Part shown: positions 30,927 through 42,929 of the stretch, one piece after another
How the letters are laid out: every line of letters starts with the position of its first letter
Numbering within the stretch: the stretch's first letter is position 1
Origin: an uncultured delta proteobacterium
GTDB lineage: Bacteria > Myxococcota_A > Polyangia > Polyangiales > Polyangiaceae
Assembly (NCBI GenBank): GCA_963716725.1
Contig: CAVQUB010000013.1
Coordinates: 96,001-160,000 of the forward strand
Direction of reading: 5' to 3'
DNA length: 64,000 nucleotides
Made by a program: the position numbers and the translations under genes
Notes under the pieces: generated by a model
Database searches by the model: none
Seen by the model: the letters and a program-made list of their open reading frames with translations, nothing else
What the model was told of the DNA's origin: nothing

Positions 30927-32935
30927 GCGCGTAAGGCAATCGAACTGCCAAATTCCACCGAGTCGAAGGGTACGCGGCGTCGATGGTCGGGTCGAGTGCT
31001 GCCCACGAACCCCTGCGGGGCGGCCGAAAGGCGCCGTTCGGCAGAGCTTCTCCGCGTCGCGCCCGGCGCAGGACACAGCTCCGCCCTCGGCGAGGCGCTC
31101 ACCGACGCCTCACCCCTCCCCGAACCCCAACATCAACTGCTCGGGCACGCGCACCTTCGCGTGCTCGACCGGTGGCGCTCGCGGCCCGAGGCCATGCTCC
31201 GCGAGCAAGCGGGTGCTCTCCGCGCGCGTCTTGGCGAGCTCGGCCCAGCGCATCGGACCCGAGCAGCGCGGGCAGGTCTCGACGTCGGCGGCGAAGACAT
31301 GCGCGAGCAGCCACGCCCAGCGGTTGCGCGGCGCCGGCGCGTCGTCCCGCTCGCCGAGCAGCTCGAGCTGATCGCCGCGCGCGGGAGGGGGCTTGTTCGC
31401 GGTCGCGTCGCGCGTGGGCGTCGGGACGACGCGCCGGCGCCGCGAAGAGTGGCTCGACAAGACGCCGAAGTAGCGGAGCAAATGGAATCGTGGCGGCGGC
31501 ACCGCGGCGACCAGACGCGGGATGATGTCCGCGGGCTCGAACACGAGCGCGCGCGTGCCGTCCCGCCACGCCCGCTTGAAGCCGAGCTCGAGCTTGCCGT
31601 CCGCGCGGCGCTCGAGGCGGTCCTGCGCGACGGGAGGGCGTGTAATGTACTTGCAGAGCCGCTCCACTCTCCGGCGATCCCGGCCGTCCACGACCTGCAC
31701 GGCGTGGATGTTGATGCCGCGGACCTCGGCGATGGGCTGGTCGGTCGCGTCGACGATGGGCTGGTCGGTCGCGTCGACGGCGCGAGGGCGCGCGGGTGGC
31801 TCCGGCGACGCGATGAGTCGGAGCGGCGGCTGGCCGGCGCGGTCTCCGCTGACCGAGATGCCCCGGGCCGCAGCGGCGTAGCAGGCAGCGAGGCCGGGCT
31901 CGTCGAGGGCGAGGTCGGGTGGTGAGCCGTCGTCGAGCTCGGGGTCGAGGCTCCGTCCGTGCGCGCGCAGGATCTTCTCGATGCGTGTCGCCGTGCGTGA
32001 CGCGACCTCCGCGATGTCGGCGTGCGATGGCGTGTCGAGCTCGCGGAACTCGAGCGGAGCGCTCGGGTCGTCGTCCTGATGCACGTACACGCCGTCGAGC
32101 ACGAGCGCGTGGAAGTGGACGTTGAGCCGGAGGGCGCTGTCCGCGCGCTGTACGGCCACCACCGCGCCCGTGTGGGCGACCGCCATGCTGCCGAGGCCGA
32201 GCTCACGCTTCGCTCGCCAGCGCAGCGAGCGGTCCACCTCAGCCATGAACGCGCTCACGACCTCGGCGCAGAGCTTGCGGTCGTAGCCGAGCAAGGCGCG
32301 CAGGCCCCACGGCAGCGAGCAGATCCAGTGACGGATGGGCACGCGCGGCAGGACGCTTTGCTCCAAGTGGACGGCGGTGTCCGCCATCCGACGACCGAGG
32401 CAAGAGGGGCAGAATCCCCTCTTCTTGCAGCTCAGCGCCACCAGCTCGGAGTACCCGCATTTGCGGCAAACCAGATGCAGACAGCCCCGCTCCAGCCGCC
32501 CGCAGCGAAGGTACTCCTCGAACTCCTTCACCACGAAGCGCGGCAAGCCGCCGTGCTCTTCGGCGCGCTCGAGGAACTTCGGCCAGTGCGCTTCGACCGT
32601 CTGATAGAGCACGGTGCTCTCCGGCCGGTGACGGAGACGCGACCGCTCGGGCTTGGGGAAGGCGTGCGCGGGGTGGCCCACGTCACGGGCGCATCAGCGA
32701 GCGGCGTGCCAGCGGGATGAGGGCAAAAACCCGCTGGATTTGCCCCTCGCGAGGTGGCGAAGTGGCGAAGTCAGGTGGCGGTCGGCGACCATGGGCGCGG
32801 GGGCGCTCCTTGGAGTCGAGGTCGGCGGCTCGCCCGCCCCGACCGACCCGGTCAGTCGAGAGGCAGCCCGAAGGCACCACCATCCAGGTCGGCCTCGACG
32901 GCGAGACGTTCACGTTCACGGCGTGAGGGTGGGCG
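30927..32935 (-). mobile_element. tnpA: Second full ISCR/IS91-family element (transposase 31110-32681)
   Basis: Identical 523-aa ORF and identical flanks to 16469-18477. Confidence 0.93.
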
Positions 32936-33520
32936 CTCGCGGAACCGACGGGCCCGACGGTGTGCGCGGTCGCGCAGACCGCATGTACTTCTGCACCGTT
33001 CGCTTGGCGACGTGGATGCCGAGTTTCAAGAGCTCTCCGCGGATGCGCTCCGCGCCCCAGAGCCGGTTGTCGCGTGCCATCGCCCGAATGAGCTCGATGG
33101 TCTCCGGCTTCACGCGGGGCTCCGTTGACCTGCGACGCAGCGACTTCCAGCGCCAGAAGAGCCGAAACCCGTGACGGTGCCAGCGCGTGATCGTTTCGGG
33201 TCGCACGAGCAAGAGCGCGTTCGCCCAGTGACGTGCGAAAGCGGCGAAGAATACGATGAGTCCACGCTCGTACCCTCGGAACTTCGGGCGCGTGACGGCG
33301 CGTGCGGCCACGATGAGCTGCTGGCGGAGCAGCGCGTTCTCGACCAGGAGCTCCTCGCGTGATCGGAACGCATCGACCGCCAGGCCGATCAGCACTGGCC
33401 TGGGTCGCGCCGCTTCCCGCGCGACCGCCCGACCTCGGGCGAGCAGCCCGGCCACGGCGCCGGCGTGGCCGCAGTTTGAAACGATGACCCAACACCACGA
33501 TGCACGAGATCCAGCCCGTG
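32936..33520 (-). pseudogene. N-terminal part of an integrase-core (rve) IS transposase, cut by the ISCR
   Basis: RSREELLVENALLRQQL...VRPETITRWHR...MARDNRLWGAERIRGELLKLGIHVAKRTVQKYM. Confidence 0.8.
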
Positions 33521-33616
33521 GGCTCTGTTCGCGTGCTCGAGCCCGCGAACGCCGAGCTCGCGCCAGTCGCGCACAGCGGAGCCAATCCGTCGCCTTCGTC
33601 TGCCCTTCGTCGTGGG

Positions 33617-33901
33617 ATGCCAGTGAACGTCGTTTGGACCGACGGGCGCAGCTATCCCCCAGTCGTCTCGACCTGGGATGCGCGCGGAGTTGTCGTCGCC
33701 TTCCCGAACGGCCAAACGAACATGGTTCCGCTCAGGGCGGTACGCTTGCGCGGACCCGAGTTCGACGTGCGCAGCACGGTCGTTGTCCAAAGCCGGGTCA
33801 TCGAACGGCAGACCATGGTAATTAGGTGCAAACACTGCGGCGAGATCACCGCACTTGATGGATCGCGTTGCCGGAATTGCGGCTCACCAAGCTTCAAATA
33901 G
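33617..33901 (+). CDS. Small hypothetical protein with a C-terminal double CxxC zinc ribbon
   Basis: RCKHCGEITALDGSRCRNCGSP; start uncertain. Confidence 0.5.
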   Translation: MPVNVVWTDGRSYPPVVSTWDARGVVVAFPNGQTNMVPLRAVRLRGPEFDVRSTVVVQSRVIERQTMVIRCKHCGEITALDGSRCRNCGSPSFK

Positions 33902-33909
33902 GTGCCGTA

Positions 33910-34225
33910 TCACTTCGCCACTTTCATTGCCGTCCCCGCGCCCTGGTCCGTCCAGTACACGGCGGCGGTGTCCAGCGCGACGAACATCGGGTCGGACTGC
34001 CCAGACGCGAGTTCCTCGACCGCACCGCCGGAGATCTTCACGCGGCGAATCGCTCCTGCCTGGCGCGAGGCCCAGTAGACGTGTGTGGCGTCCACGGCAA
34101 CACCGGCGGGCTCCTGCTGCGACGACGCGAGCGTCGTGTGCGTGGCACCGGGAGCGAGCGCGCCTGTGGTGATGGTCTGGTAGCCCCCGACTCGCGACAT
34201 GTACCAGGTGCTGGAGTAGTCAATC
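33910..34225 (-). pseudogene. 3' fragment of a beta-propeller (DUF5050-like) protein
   Basis: PAGVAVDATHVYW...GGAVEELASGQSDPMFVALDTAAVYWTD; 5' end replaced by an IS relic. Confidence 0.7.
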
Positions 34226-34811
34226 GGCATTCTGTACGTGCTCGTCATCGTTTCGCACGAGCGCAGGCGCGTCGTGTACTTCAACGTCACCTCGAGCCCG
34301 TCGGCGCAGTGGACTGCGCAGCAGGTGGTCCAGGCCTTTCCATTCGACACGGCCCCCAGGTTTCTCATCCGAGACCGACGCGCTTCGCGACGACCCTGGG
34401 AAGTCCCTGGCGAGGGATACCCGAAGGGGTGCGACAGCATTTACGGCGCGTTCCTGCGAAAGCGCATCGGCAATCTCGGAATCGAGGAAGTGCTCACGGC
34501 CTACCGCTCGCCGTGGCAAAATCCATACTGCGAGCGCTGGATCGGGACGGCTCGTCGCGACTGTCTCGACCACGTGATCATCTGGAACGAGGCCCACCTG
34601 CGACGGACGCTCCATGAATTTCTCAGCTACTACCACGCGGATCGGACGCACCAGGGCCTCGCCAACGACTGCCCGGAGTCGCGTCCCGTCGAGCCTCGCT
34701 CGGTAGGTCGCGTCGTCGAGCTTCCGAGGGTCGGCGGATTGCACCACCGATACACGAGACTCGCAGCGTGATCACGATTCTGCCGGCGAAGTTGGGTTTT
34801 CACCACCCACA
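34226..34811 (+). mobile_element. 3' half of an integrase-core IS with right end; carries a 54-bp in-frame insertion
   Basis: PRFLIRD..DSIYG, RSPWQNPYCERWIG, YYHADRTHQGL, GGLHHRY; end GGGTTTTCACCACCCACA. Confidence 0.85.
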
Positions 34812-35208
34812 ACCCGCCAGCGCGGCCGGACCAGTCAGGTGCCGCGAGAGGCTTGGCGGAACGCTCCGCTACTACCCCCGAGACGCGGCGTGACCGAGGG
34901 ATCCGGTTGTGGAACAGTACGAGAGCGTGAGTTCTGGACGGCCAGGAGGACTCGTGCATCGTTCAGTACCTCGGCGCGGCCCCGGAGTGACGACGGCGAT
35001 GTTCGGCAGCCGCTCGCCCATTTCCTCCGCGCGCGCTGATTGTGCGTGTTTCGCGCAAGCGCTCAGGTCCCGACGCCGCGCCTCTCCCACCTCGGCACAC
35101 CCGCTCGCACGAAAATGCGAAGCGCTTCGCCGGCGGCATTGCGCCGCGCGCGGGCCTGCTTGAAACTCCATGCCAGGGCGCGACACGGGGCAACGCGGAG
35201 GGCGGACG

Positions 35209-38200
35209 ATGACGCAGCACGCAGCACGCAGCACGCAGCACGCAGCACGGACACCGCACCCGCCGCGCGTTGGCGGTGGCGCTGTTCGCAGCCGGCCTCG
35301 CGCACGCGGCATGCTCGCACGGTCCCGAATCGTCAGGGCGCGCTGCCGCGGCGGTCATCTACGGGACTGACGACCGGAAGAACTTGACGGATCCCAGCGT
35401 CACCGCAGCTGCGCGTGGCTGGGCAGATGCCGTCGGCGTGATGGCGGGCCTGCCAGCCAAGGTGGTTTCAGGGAAGTTCCCGAAGAACGCGTTGTGTATC
35501 GAAACCGCCTCCCCCGATGCCTGTTACCTGAACCTCGCGCGCGCCACCAAGGGAGCCCTGCTCGTCAACGAAACGACCAAGAAGAGCTACGGACTCTGCT
35601 CGGACGAGAAGTTCGCGGAAGAGGCCTTTTTGACCGCGGAGGGAGCGTGCACGGTGTTTCGTCTGCCCCAGCTGTCAACCGGCGAAGAGCTGTTCGCCAC
35701 TGCCGGGCACTGCCTCAAGCCGACCGGTGCCCCCCAGTCCGATCCTGCCCGCGAGTGCAAAGACGTGGAGTTTGCGTTCGGTTTCCAGGTGCGGTCGTTC
35801 GCGACGGAGCATCCGGTCGAGGCGATTCCATTCTGGCTGCGGAGAAAGTGGGACGTCTACAAGTGCAAGGAGGTGGTCGCGCGCGCGGAGCCGCTGCTGA
35901 ATTCCACTTCTGGCGACAAGTCCGACTTCACGTTGTTCAAGGCGGATCGGGTCGTCCGAGGTCGCCGCAGGCTCGACGTCCGACGAACCAACACTCTCGC
36001 GCTCGGCCAGCAGACGACCCTCGCCGGCCACGGCGCGGGGTTCCCGCTCAAGGTCACGCAAACGGGAGTCGTCAAGTTCATCGATCCGACGGCGAACACG
36101 TTCTCGTTCTCGGGCGACGCGCTCCAGGGCGACAGCGGCGGTCCGGTGATCGACGCTTCGACGGGCCTCGTCACCGGGATCCTGGCAGCAGTCCCAAAGA
36201 ACATCGATCACTTCTACCTGGATGCCACAGCGAACTGCGCGCGAGTCGGCCCGAAGCCACCGTGCAGCAACTCGACAGGGTGCCCAGGATCGGGCTACTT
36301 CACCACCGCGACGGACATCATGGAAGTCGGCAACGTGCCGAGTCTTCCAACCAACCCGACGCTGTTCGCCGATCTCGATGGTGACAGCGCAGCGGACACG
36401 GTGTCGTTCGTCCCGGGCGTTCTCTTCTGGTCGATCAAAGCGCAATTCTCATCCGGCAAGGTCGGACTCCCGATCCCGACGCTGATCCCCGCTTGGGTCC
36501 CGCTCGGCCAGGTTGCGGCTGCGGCCCACATCGGCGACTTCAACGGGGATGGCGTCCACGACATCATCGTTCAGTTTCCGGGCTACCCGACGGTCTACAT
36601 CGAGGGCGTGGATCTCGCCAAGCTGCTCACGGATCCGTTCGCCGTGTCCCAGGCGTTCTTCGGCATGGACCAGTACGCCGGCACGCTGGTCGGCGACTTC
36701 AACTCCGACGGACTCGACGACGTGCGCGCGTTCAGCACGTCCGGGACCCACGCGGACGTGCTCATGGGAACGCCATCGGCCGACCCCGGCAAGAGCGCTG
36801 CGTTCCCCGGGGGCCTGGCACCGAGCATCGAAATCCCTCCGGAGTGCGGCAACGAGTACCCCTACGTCGTGCCTGGCAACCACAGCGCGATGTTCCCCGG
36901 GCTCACCGCCTACCAGGCCACCCGCGGCGTCGCGGTGGTCCCCGGGAGCCTGGTGGGCGTGTCGGATCCGACGCTCCTGGTCATCGACTGTCCCGGCGCA
37001 ACGAAGCTGAACCGCCTGAAGTTGCTCGACCCGCTGACGGGACAGGTTCGGAAGACCGTCACCATGTCGGGCACCTCGGAGTGGCGGGCGTTCGCGTACC
37101 GCGCGTCGAAGCAAGATTTGATCGCTCTGCGGAGCGCGAACGATCCGACGAAGAACTATGAGGTGGTCCGGATCGGGCTCTCCTCATCCGGCTCGGCAAC
37201 CACGACCGTCCTGGCCACGCGCGCGCAGGGCGGGATCGCAACCGGCGTCGCCTGGGACGACGCCAACAGCCAAATCGGCGTGCTGGTCACCAACGCGTGC
37301 TTCGCCCCAGGCTACGCCTGCGGCGACGATCGCATCGACTACTTCGCCGAGAGCGCGCCCGGGTCGTGGCCCTATCAGCACCTGAGCAAGCTGTCCCAGA
37401 AGGTGTGCTCGGAGAGCTACTCGAAGCCCTGGACCGTAGAGCCCTCTGGCCTGATCATGAGCGGCTCCGCGGAGCTGCTGGCCTGCAACCGCCGCTGGGC
37501 CATCGGCGTCAGCTACCGCTCCGCGCGAGCGAAGCTGGTCTCGAACGAGATCCCCAGCAACGCGGTCACGCCGTGGCAACCGGCGCTGCACCTGCACGAC
37601 GTCGAGTGTGACACGAAGACTTATGCGTCCGTCTTCCAGACCGTGGTGTGGGGTGTCTCGCAGAGCGGCCGGGTGCTGCGCGCCCTGCCCGTGAGCTCTT
37701 CGGATTGCGGGTTCGGTGGCCAAGCGCCATCGACCTCGAAGTGCATCGTCGGCGAAAGCGGCGTGTCGCCCCCCGTCGGGGATCACGAAGCGCGTCGCGT
37801 CGCGGTGGGTGGTTCGAGCACGCTGTTCGTCTCCGGCGACGGCACCGTGCGCGGCGCGGGCGACAACACCCATGGCCAACTCGCGCTGCCGGCGGGGGCG
37901 AACGTCTCGACGGCGACGCCAGTGCCCGGCTACGCCGGAGCGACTGATGTCGCGATGGGCGCGGGCCACTCGCTCGCCGTTTTCAGCAACGGCGCGGTGA
38001 AGGCCGCGGGCTCCAACTCCTCGGGCCAACTGGGGCGCAATGACGTGGCCGAGACGGACATGCCCACGCCGGTCGCGGGGCTCCCGGCCATCGGCACCGT
38101 GGCGACGGGCGACGACTTCTCCCTCGCGCTCGCCAGTGACGGGAGCGTCTGGGCCTGGGGTGCCAACGACGCGGGTCAGCTCGGCGACGGAACGCGCACC

Positions 38201-40590
38201 TCGCGCTCCGTGCCCGTGCGGGTTCGCGGGTTGGAGAGCATGTCGAGTCACTTCTCCCTGAGCTTCGGCAGCTTCGGATCTGCGGACGGTCAGTTCAATC
38301 AGCCCCGAGGTGTGGCCACCGACGCCGGCAGCGTCTTCGTGGCCGACCAGACCAACCGGGTGCAACGATTCCTTCCGGACGGCACGCTCACCGCGGTCTT
38401 CGGCTCGACGGGCACCGGCCCCGGCGAGTTCCAGGGATTCCGCCGGATTGCACGCGGCGGCGCGGCGCGATGGCACCGCGCTCTACGTCCTCGACCCCGT
38501 CGCCATCGAGATTCAAAAGTTCTCGCTCGCTCCCCAGGCCCAAAGCTGTCCGCCGGGGACGGTCGAAGTGGCGTCGTCGGGCGCTCGCGTCTGCTTCGTG
38601 ACGCGTTGGGGACACCCTGGGTCCGGAGACGGAGCCCTGGCGAACCCGAGCGGGCTCGCCGTCGGCACAGACGGCGAGGTGTTGGTCGCCGACGCCGGCA
38701 ACAACCGAGTCCAGCGTTTCGTGCATGTGACACTGTCGTCGGCCTGTCCTGTGGGCACCTCCGAAGTTTCCGCCGCGGGGGCGGAGCGGACCTGCGCCGC
38801 TGGTCACTTCGGCAGCGCGGGCGCCGGCGATGGCCAGCTCTCAGGACCGCGAGCTGTCGCCTGCGATCCCGACACCTCGGCCGTGTACGTCGCCGACACG
38901 GGGAACCATCGCATCCAGCGCTTCTCCAAGGAGGGGACGTTTCTCGGGAAGTGGGGCTCCTTCGGCACCGCCACCGGGCAGTTCGACCTGCCAGTGGACG
39001 TCGATGTCGATGACCTCGGCCGCGTCATCGTCACCGAGGCGGGCGGCAAGCGCGCGCAGATGTTCACCGCGGGTGGCGCGCCGCTCGCGGTGCTTGGCGG
39101 CCCGGGAGCGGGAAACGGCCAGTTCACGTCGCCAATCGGTGCTGCAATGCTGGGCTCCCGAATCTTCGTCGCCGACGCCCATCAGCACCGCGTGCAGGCC
39201 TTCGACGTGTCGGGTCAAGCAGGCGTCGTGCAAATCGCGGCGGGAGGTCGCCATGCGCTGGCCCTGCGCGCCGACGGCGGCGTGTGGGCCTGGGGCGCCG
39301 ACGACTTCGGCCAACTCGGCGTCGGGGGCGCCGCGCCCGCTTCATCCACCGCTCCTGTTCGCGTGGTCGATCCCTTCGCCTCCGACGGCTTCTTGTCCGC
39401 CGCCGAGGTCGCTGCTGGCGCCCGTCACTCACTCGCCACGAAAGCTGACGGATCGGTCCGCGCTTGGGGCAGCAACTCCGAAGGTCAACTGGGCGACGGA
39501 ACGACCACGGACCGCAACGTCCCCACCGACGTGCTGGCCGCGACGGACGTCAGATCGGTGCGCGCCGGCACCGCGCACTCGGTCGCGCTCACCTCGCTCG
39601 GGCGCGTGCTGGCGTGGGGGGCGAACTCCCGTGGCCAGCTCGGCGACGGGACGTTTGCGAGTCGGGCCGTGGCCTCCGAGGTTCGTGCGCCGTGCAGCCC
39701 GACGGGGATACTTCGCAACGCGACCGCCATCGAGGCGGGCTCGAACCACGTGATCGCGATCGGCAGTCTCTGGGGGTGGGGCGACGACTCGCAGGGGCAG
39801 TTTGGGGACGGCGGGTTGTCCGAGCTCAGCCCGGTGGCCATCCCGATGGCGTTTTCGACTGCGCCAGACTGTGGTGCAGCAGTCGTGTCTCCGGCGACGA
39901 TCTGGCCACCCAACGGCGCTCTGGTCGGTGTGAATATCACCGGAGTGACGGGCGGCGACGGCGCGCTCGAAGTCGAGGTCACGGAGGTGCAGCAGGACGA
40001 GCCCGAGTCCGCTCCTGGCCAAGGCCAGGCGGATCCCGACGCGGTGATCGGCGGCGCGGGCTTTCCGGTGCGCGTCCGCGCCGAGCGCTCGGGCAAGGGC
40101 GATGGCCGGGTGTATCACCTGGGATTCACTGCGCGAGACGCCGCCGGTCGCGAGTGCAGGGGAAACGTCCGAGCGTGCGTGCCGCACCACGCCGGAGCGG
40201 GATGCGGTGACAGTGGACCTCAATGGGACTCCACGGATTCTCGGGGGCAACGCGATCTGCGACGCGGCGGAGCCGTCGATCCTCGGTGATTGCCAGGGCT
40301 GCATCAGCTCACGTTGCTGCGCGGAGCTTCGGGGCTGCCTTCCGCCCGACCCGTGCACGCTCGGCGGCCCGGTGGGCGAAGGCGAGCTCGCGTGCATCAC
40401 GAACTGCTTGGCTCTCGCCTTCTACAGTGACCAACCGCTGGGAGCCGCGCGACTGGAGTGCGCGAGCGCATGCAGCAAGCCACGACCCAAGCCGAGCGCC
40501 GCCACGACCGCGTTGCTCTCCTGCATGCTGGGGCTGGACGGCCAGGAGGACTCGTGCATCGTTCAGTGCCTCGGCGCACCCCTGGAGTGA
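35209..40590 (+). CDS. Giant secreted/lipoprotein: trypsin-like serine protease, FG-GAP, propeller, RCC1 repeats with an inserted NHL block, Cys-rich tail; frameshifts at the 5' repeat, ~38460 and ~40240
   Basis: TAGHC...DF...GDSGGP triad motifs; GDFNGDG; WAWGANDAGQLGDG; YVADTGNHRIQRF; joins ORFs 35270..39013, 38310..40289 and 40102..40590. Confidence 0.8.
35214..35248 (+). repeat. Heptanucleotide tandem repeat (GCAGCAC)5
   Basis: Seen directly; starts 2 nt after the ATG at 35209-35211. Confidence 0.95.
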
Positions 40591-40592
40591 CG

Positions 40593-41429
40593 ATGGCGAC
40601 TTTCGGCAGCCGTGCGCGGGCGTTGCTCGTAGTGGCCGTGGCCGTGGCCTCGGCGTGCGCCGGCGGCGCCACGCCACGGGGCGCGCGGCCGCTGGTGCCG
40701 CCGCCGGCTCCGACGGTGCCACCACCACCGGTCGTCGCCAAGCGAGAGCCGAGGCCCACTCCGACACCGCCCACCGACGAGTTTCCCTACGTCGGCATCT
40801 TCAACGGCTACGTCCAGGCCTTCCGCGAGGAACAGATCGACGATGAGTGGGTGAAGCCGACCGAGGCGACGCTGAGGTCGCAGCTCACCGAGCTCGACCC
40901 GAACGTGGTGAGGGTGCCCCTGCTCGAGTGCCGCTGCGGGCTCTGCATGCTGGGCTACATCATCGCCCCGGCGGGAGAGGGAAGAAATCCGCAACCCGGA
41001 GTGGATCTGCCCGCAGTGCGCTGGTCCGGGTACGAGAAGCACATGCGCGGCATGCGCGCGGACGGATGGGCCGAGGGGCTGGCCTTCCTCGGCCGGCACC
41101 CGAAGGACTCACCCAGCTCCTCGCCTCGAGTGCGCTCGACGGACAGTCCTTGGAATGATCCCGGCTGCGCGGGCGCGCGGCCATTTCCCCCGACCTGGGA
41201 GGGGATCAGCAGGTCCAACTGGTCGGGTATCGGAATCAACCGGATGTACCTCCCGGAGAAGGGGTGCCCGTGCCTTTGCGGGAAACTGAACTCAGACGCC
41301 CGCCCCGGGTGCTGGTTTCAATCGGGAGGGTTCGTCTTCTGCGGGGAGCTCTCTTTCACTGACCGCGGCATCCCCAAGATCGCGGGCGACTGGTCTTGCC
41401 AGAGTTCCTCACCTGCCCCGCCGAAGTGA
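40593..41429 (+). CDS. Hypothetical Cys-containing lipoprotein
   Basis: MATFGSRARALLVVAVAVASAC signal/lipobox, Pro-rich linker; starts 2 nt after the upstream stop. Confidence 0.7.
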   Translation: MATFGSRARALLVVAVAVASACAGGATPRGARPLVPPPAPTVPPPPVVAKREPRPTPTPPTDEFPYVGIFNGYVQAFREEQIDDEWVKPTEATLRSQLTELDPNVVRVPLLECRCGLCMLGYIIAPAGEGRNPQPGVDLPAVRWSGYEKHMRGMRADGWAEGLAFLGRHPKDSPSSSPRVRSTDSPWNDPGCAGARPFPPTWEGISRSNWSGIGINRMYLPEKGCPCLCGKLNSDARPGCWFQSGGFVFCGELSFTDRGIPKIAGDWSCQSSSPAPPK

Positions 41430-41529
41430 CCTTCGAGCCGTGCCGCGGCGGTTCGCACGCGAGCGCTGCCTGATGACACCCTCGCTCGCCCCGAGCGAAC
41501 ACAACTGCACCAGTCTCGCAAAGGCGCAC

Positions 41530-41606
41530 GTCTTCCCCATTCGGGCAAAGCCCGAATCGGGGGAAGACCGACGCCGCAAAGCGGCGGCGAGTTGGGGCAG
41601 GAAGAG
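41530..41606. repeat. Structured ~77-bp REP-like repeat (second copy at 48670-48748)
   Basis: GTCTTCCCC-ATTCGGGC..GCCCGAAT-CGGGGAAGAC hairpin plus CGCCGC-AAA-GCGGCG hairpin. Confidence 0.8.
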
Positions 41607-42132
41607 AGCCGGAGGACGCGGTGCCCGAGCCGCGCGAGTTTGCGGTCGCGCGAGGCAGGCGCGCCTTCGCACCTGAGGGCTCTTTCCGCGGCAGGGACTG
41701 TCGTCTGGGTCGTGACCAAGAACACCGGACTCGAAGCAGAACCCCGGGGGAGCTCTGGAGGCGCCAAGGAGCGGGTGAATGGGAGCTGGTTCCGGTCCCA
41801 GACTTCGCCGAGTACCCGCGTTGGGCACGGGGCCCGACCGACGTGGTCGCCTTGACTCGGGACGACGTCTGGCTCGTGGCCTCGGGCCGCGTGTTGCACA
41901 CGCGCCTGGGGACGGGCCCGATTCAGGAGATCGCGTCCGACGCGTTCGCAGCCCATTGACGCAGCGGCTATCGAGCCGCGCGTTTGAAAGCATCAGCTCG
42001 GGTCGTCTTCGCCATGGACCGGCCCGAGCAGCCGGGTGCGCGTCGGTCAGCCCCCGAGCCGCGGGTGCACGTCTCAATCGTCACGCGACCATGCGCGAAG
42101 CATGGCTCGACTGCGCGTGCTATCTTCCGTCC

Positions 42133-42345
42133 GTGTCCCAAGACGTAACAGCCTGGCTGGCGGGGCGACGCAGCGTTGCCGAGTACGAGCGAGAGGAAGC
42201 CCGCCGGGCGACTACGAGCCAGAGGCTTCACGCGCTGGCTTCATTGATGGCCTCGGTGGACGCGATGGACCTGCGACATGAGCTCGAGCACGGGGACGAC
42301 ACCATTCGCGCGCGCTGGAACACGCTCCGGCAGCGCCTCGGTTGA
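42133..42345 (+). CDS. Small helical protein, partner of the downstream nucleotidyltransferase (antitoxin-like)
   Basis: GTG start, 70 aa, stop overlaps the next start. Confidence 0.55.
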   Translation: MSQDVTAWLAGRRSVAEYEREEARRATTSQRLHALASLMASVDAMDLRHELEHGDDTIRARWNTLRQRLG

Positions 42346-42929
42346 TGGCGATGTCAGAGCCGATGGCCCCTCTCGTCGAGGCCGCGGCGAGGGCGCTCGG
42401 GCTTCTGAACGAATTGGGCGTTCCCGCGGCGATCGTCGGCGGCTTCGCCGTCGCGGTCCGTGCGCGTCCGCGGCTCACCAAGGACATCGACTTGGTGGCG
42501 ATGGCAGAACTCGATCGACTGGGCGAGCTCGCGACTGCCGCGTTGCGCGCCGGTTTCTCGCTTCGTCGCGACGACGCAGTCGAGTTTGCGCGAACGACCC
42601 GCGTGCTTCTCCTGCGCCACGACTCGAGCGGGATCGACGTTGACATCAGCCTCGGCGCGCTTCCGTTCGAGCGGGATCTGGTCGAGCTCGCGACCAGGGT
42701 CCAGATTCTGAACACGACGCTGGTCATCGCGCGCGGCGAAGACCTCGTCATCATGAAAGCGCTTGCGCTGCGCCCGCGAGACATCGCCGACATCGAAGGG
42801 CTGGTGGAGCTCTGCGAGGGAATGGACCTCTCGCGCATTCGGCGGGTGGTGGGCGAGTTCACGACCGCGCTGGAGGACGCGGACTTCGCAGGAGAACTCG
42901 AGGCGATCTTCAAGCGCCTGGGGCGATGA
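42345..42929 (+). CDS. Nucleotidyltransferase of the AbiEii/DUF6036-like TA group
   Basis: AIVGGFAV...RPRLTKDIDL...EDLVIMKALALRPRDIAD. Confidence 0.8.
   Translation: MAMSEPMAPLVEAAARALGLLNELGVPAAIVGGFAVAVRARPRLTKDIDLVAMAELDRLGELATAALRAGFSLRRDDAVEFARTTRVLLLRHDSSGIDVDISLGALPFERDLVELATRVQILNTTLVIARGEDLVIMKALALRPRDIADIEGLVELCEGMDLSRIRRVVGEFTTALEDADFAGELEAIFKRLGR

Noticed and set aside
41621..41959. ORF ending ...DVWLVASGRVLHTRLG...
   Set aside because: It looks like an orphan C-terminal fragment, with no credible start or recognisable family.
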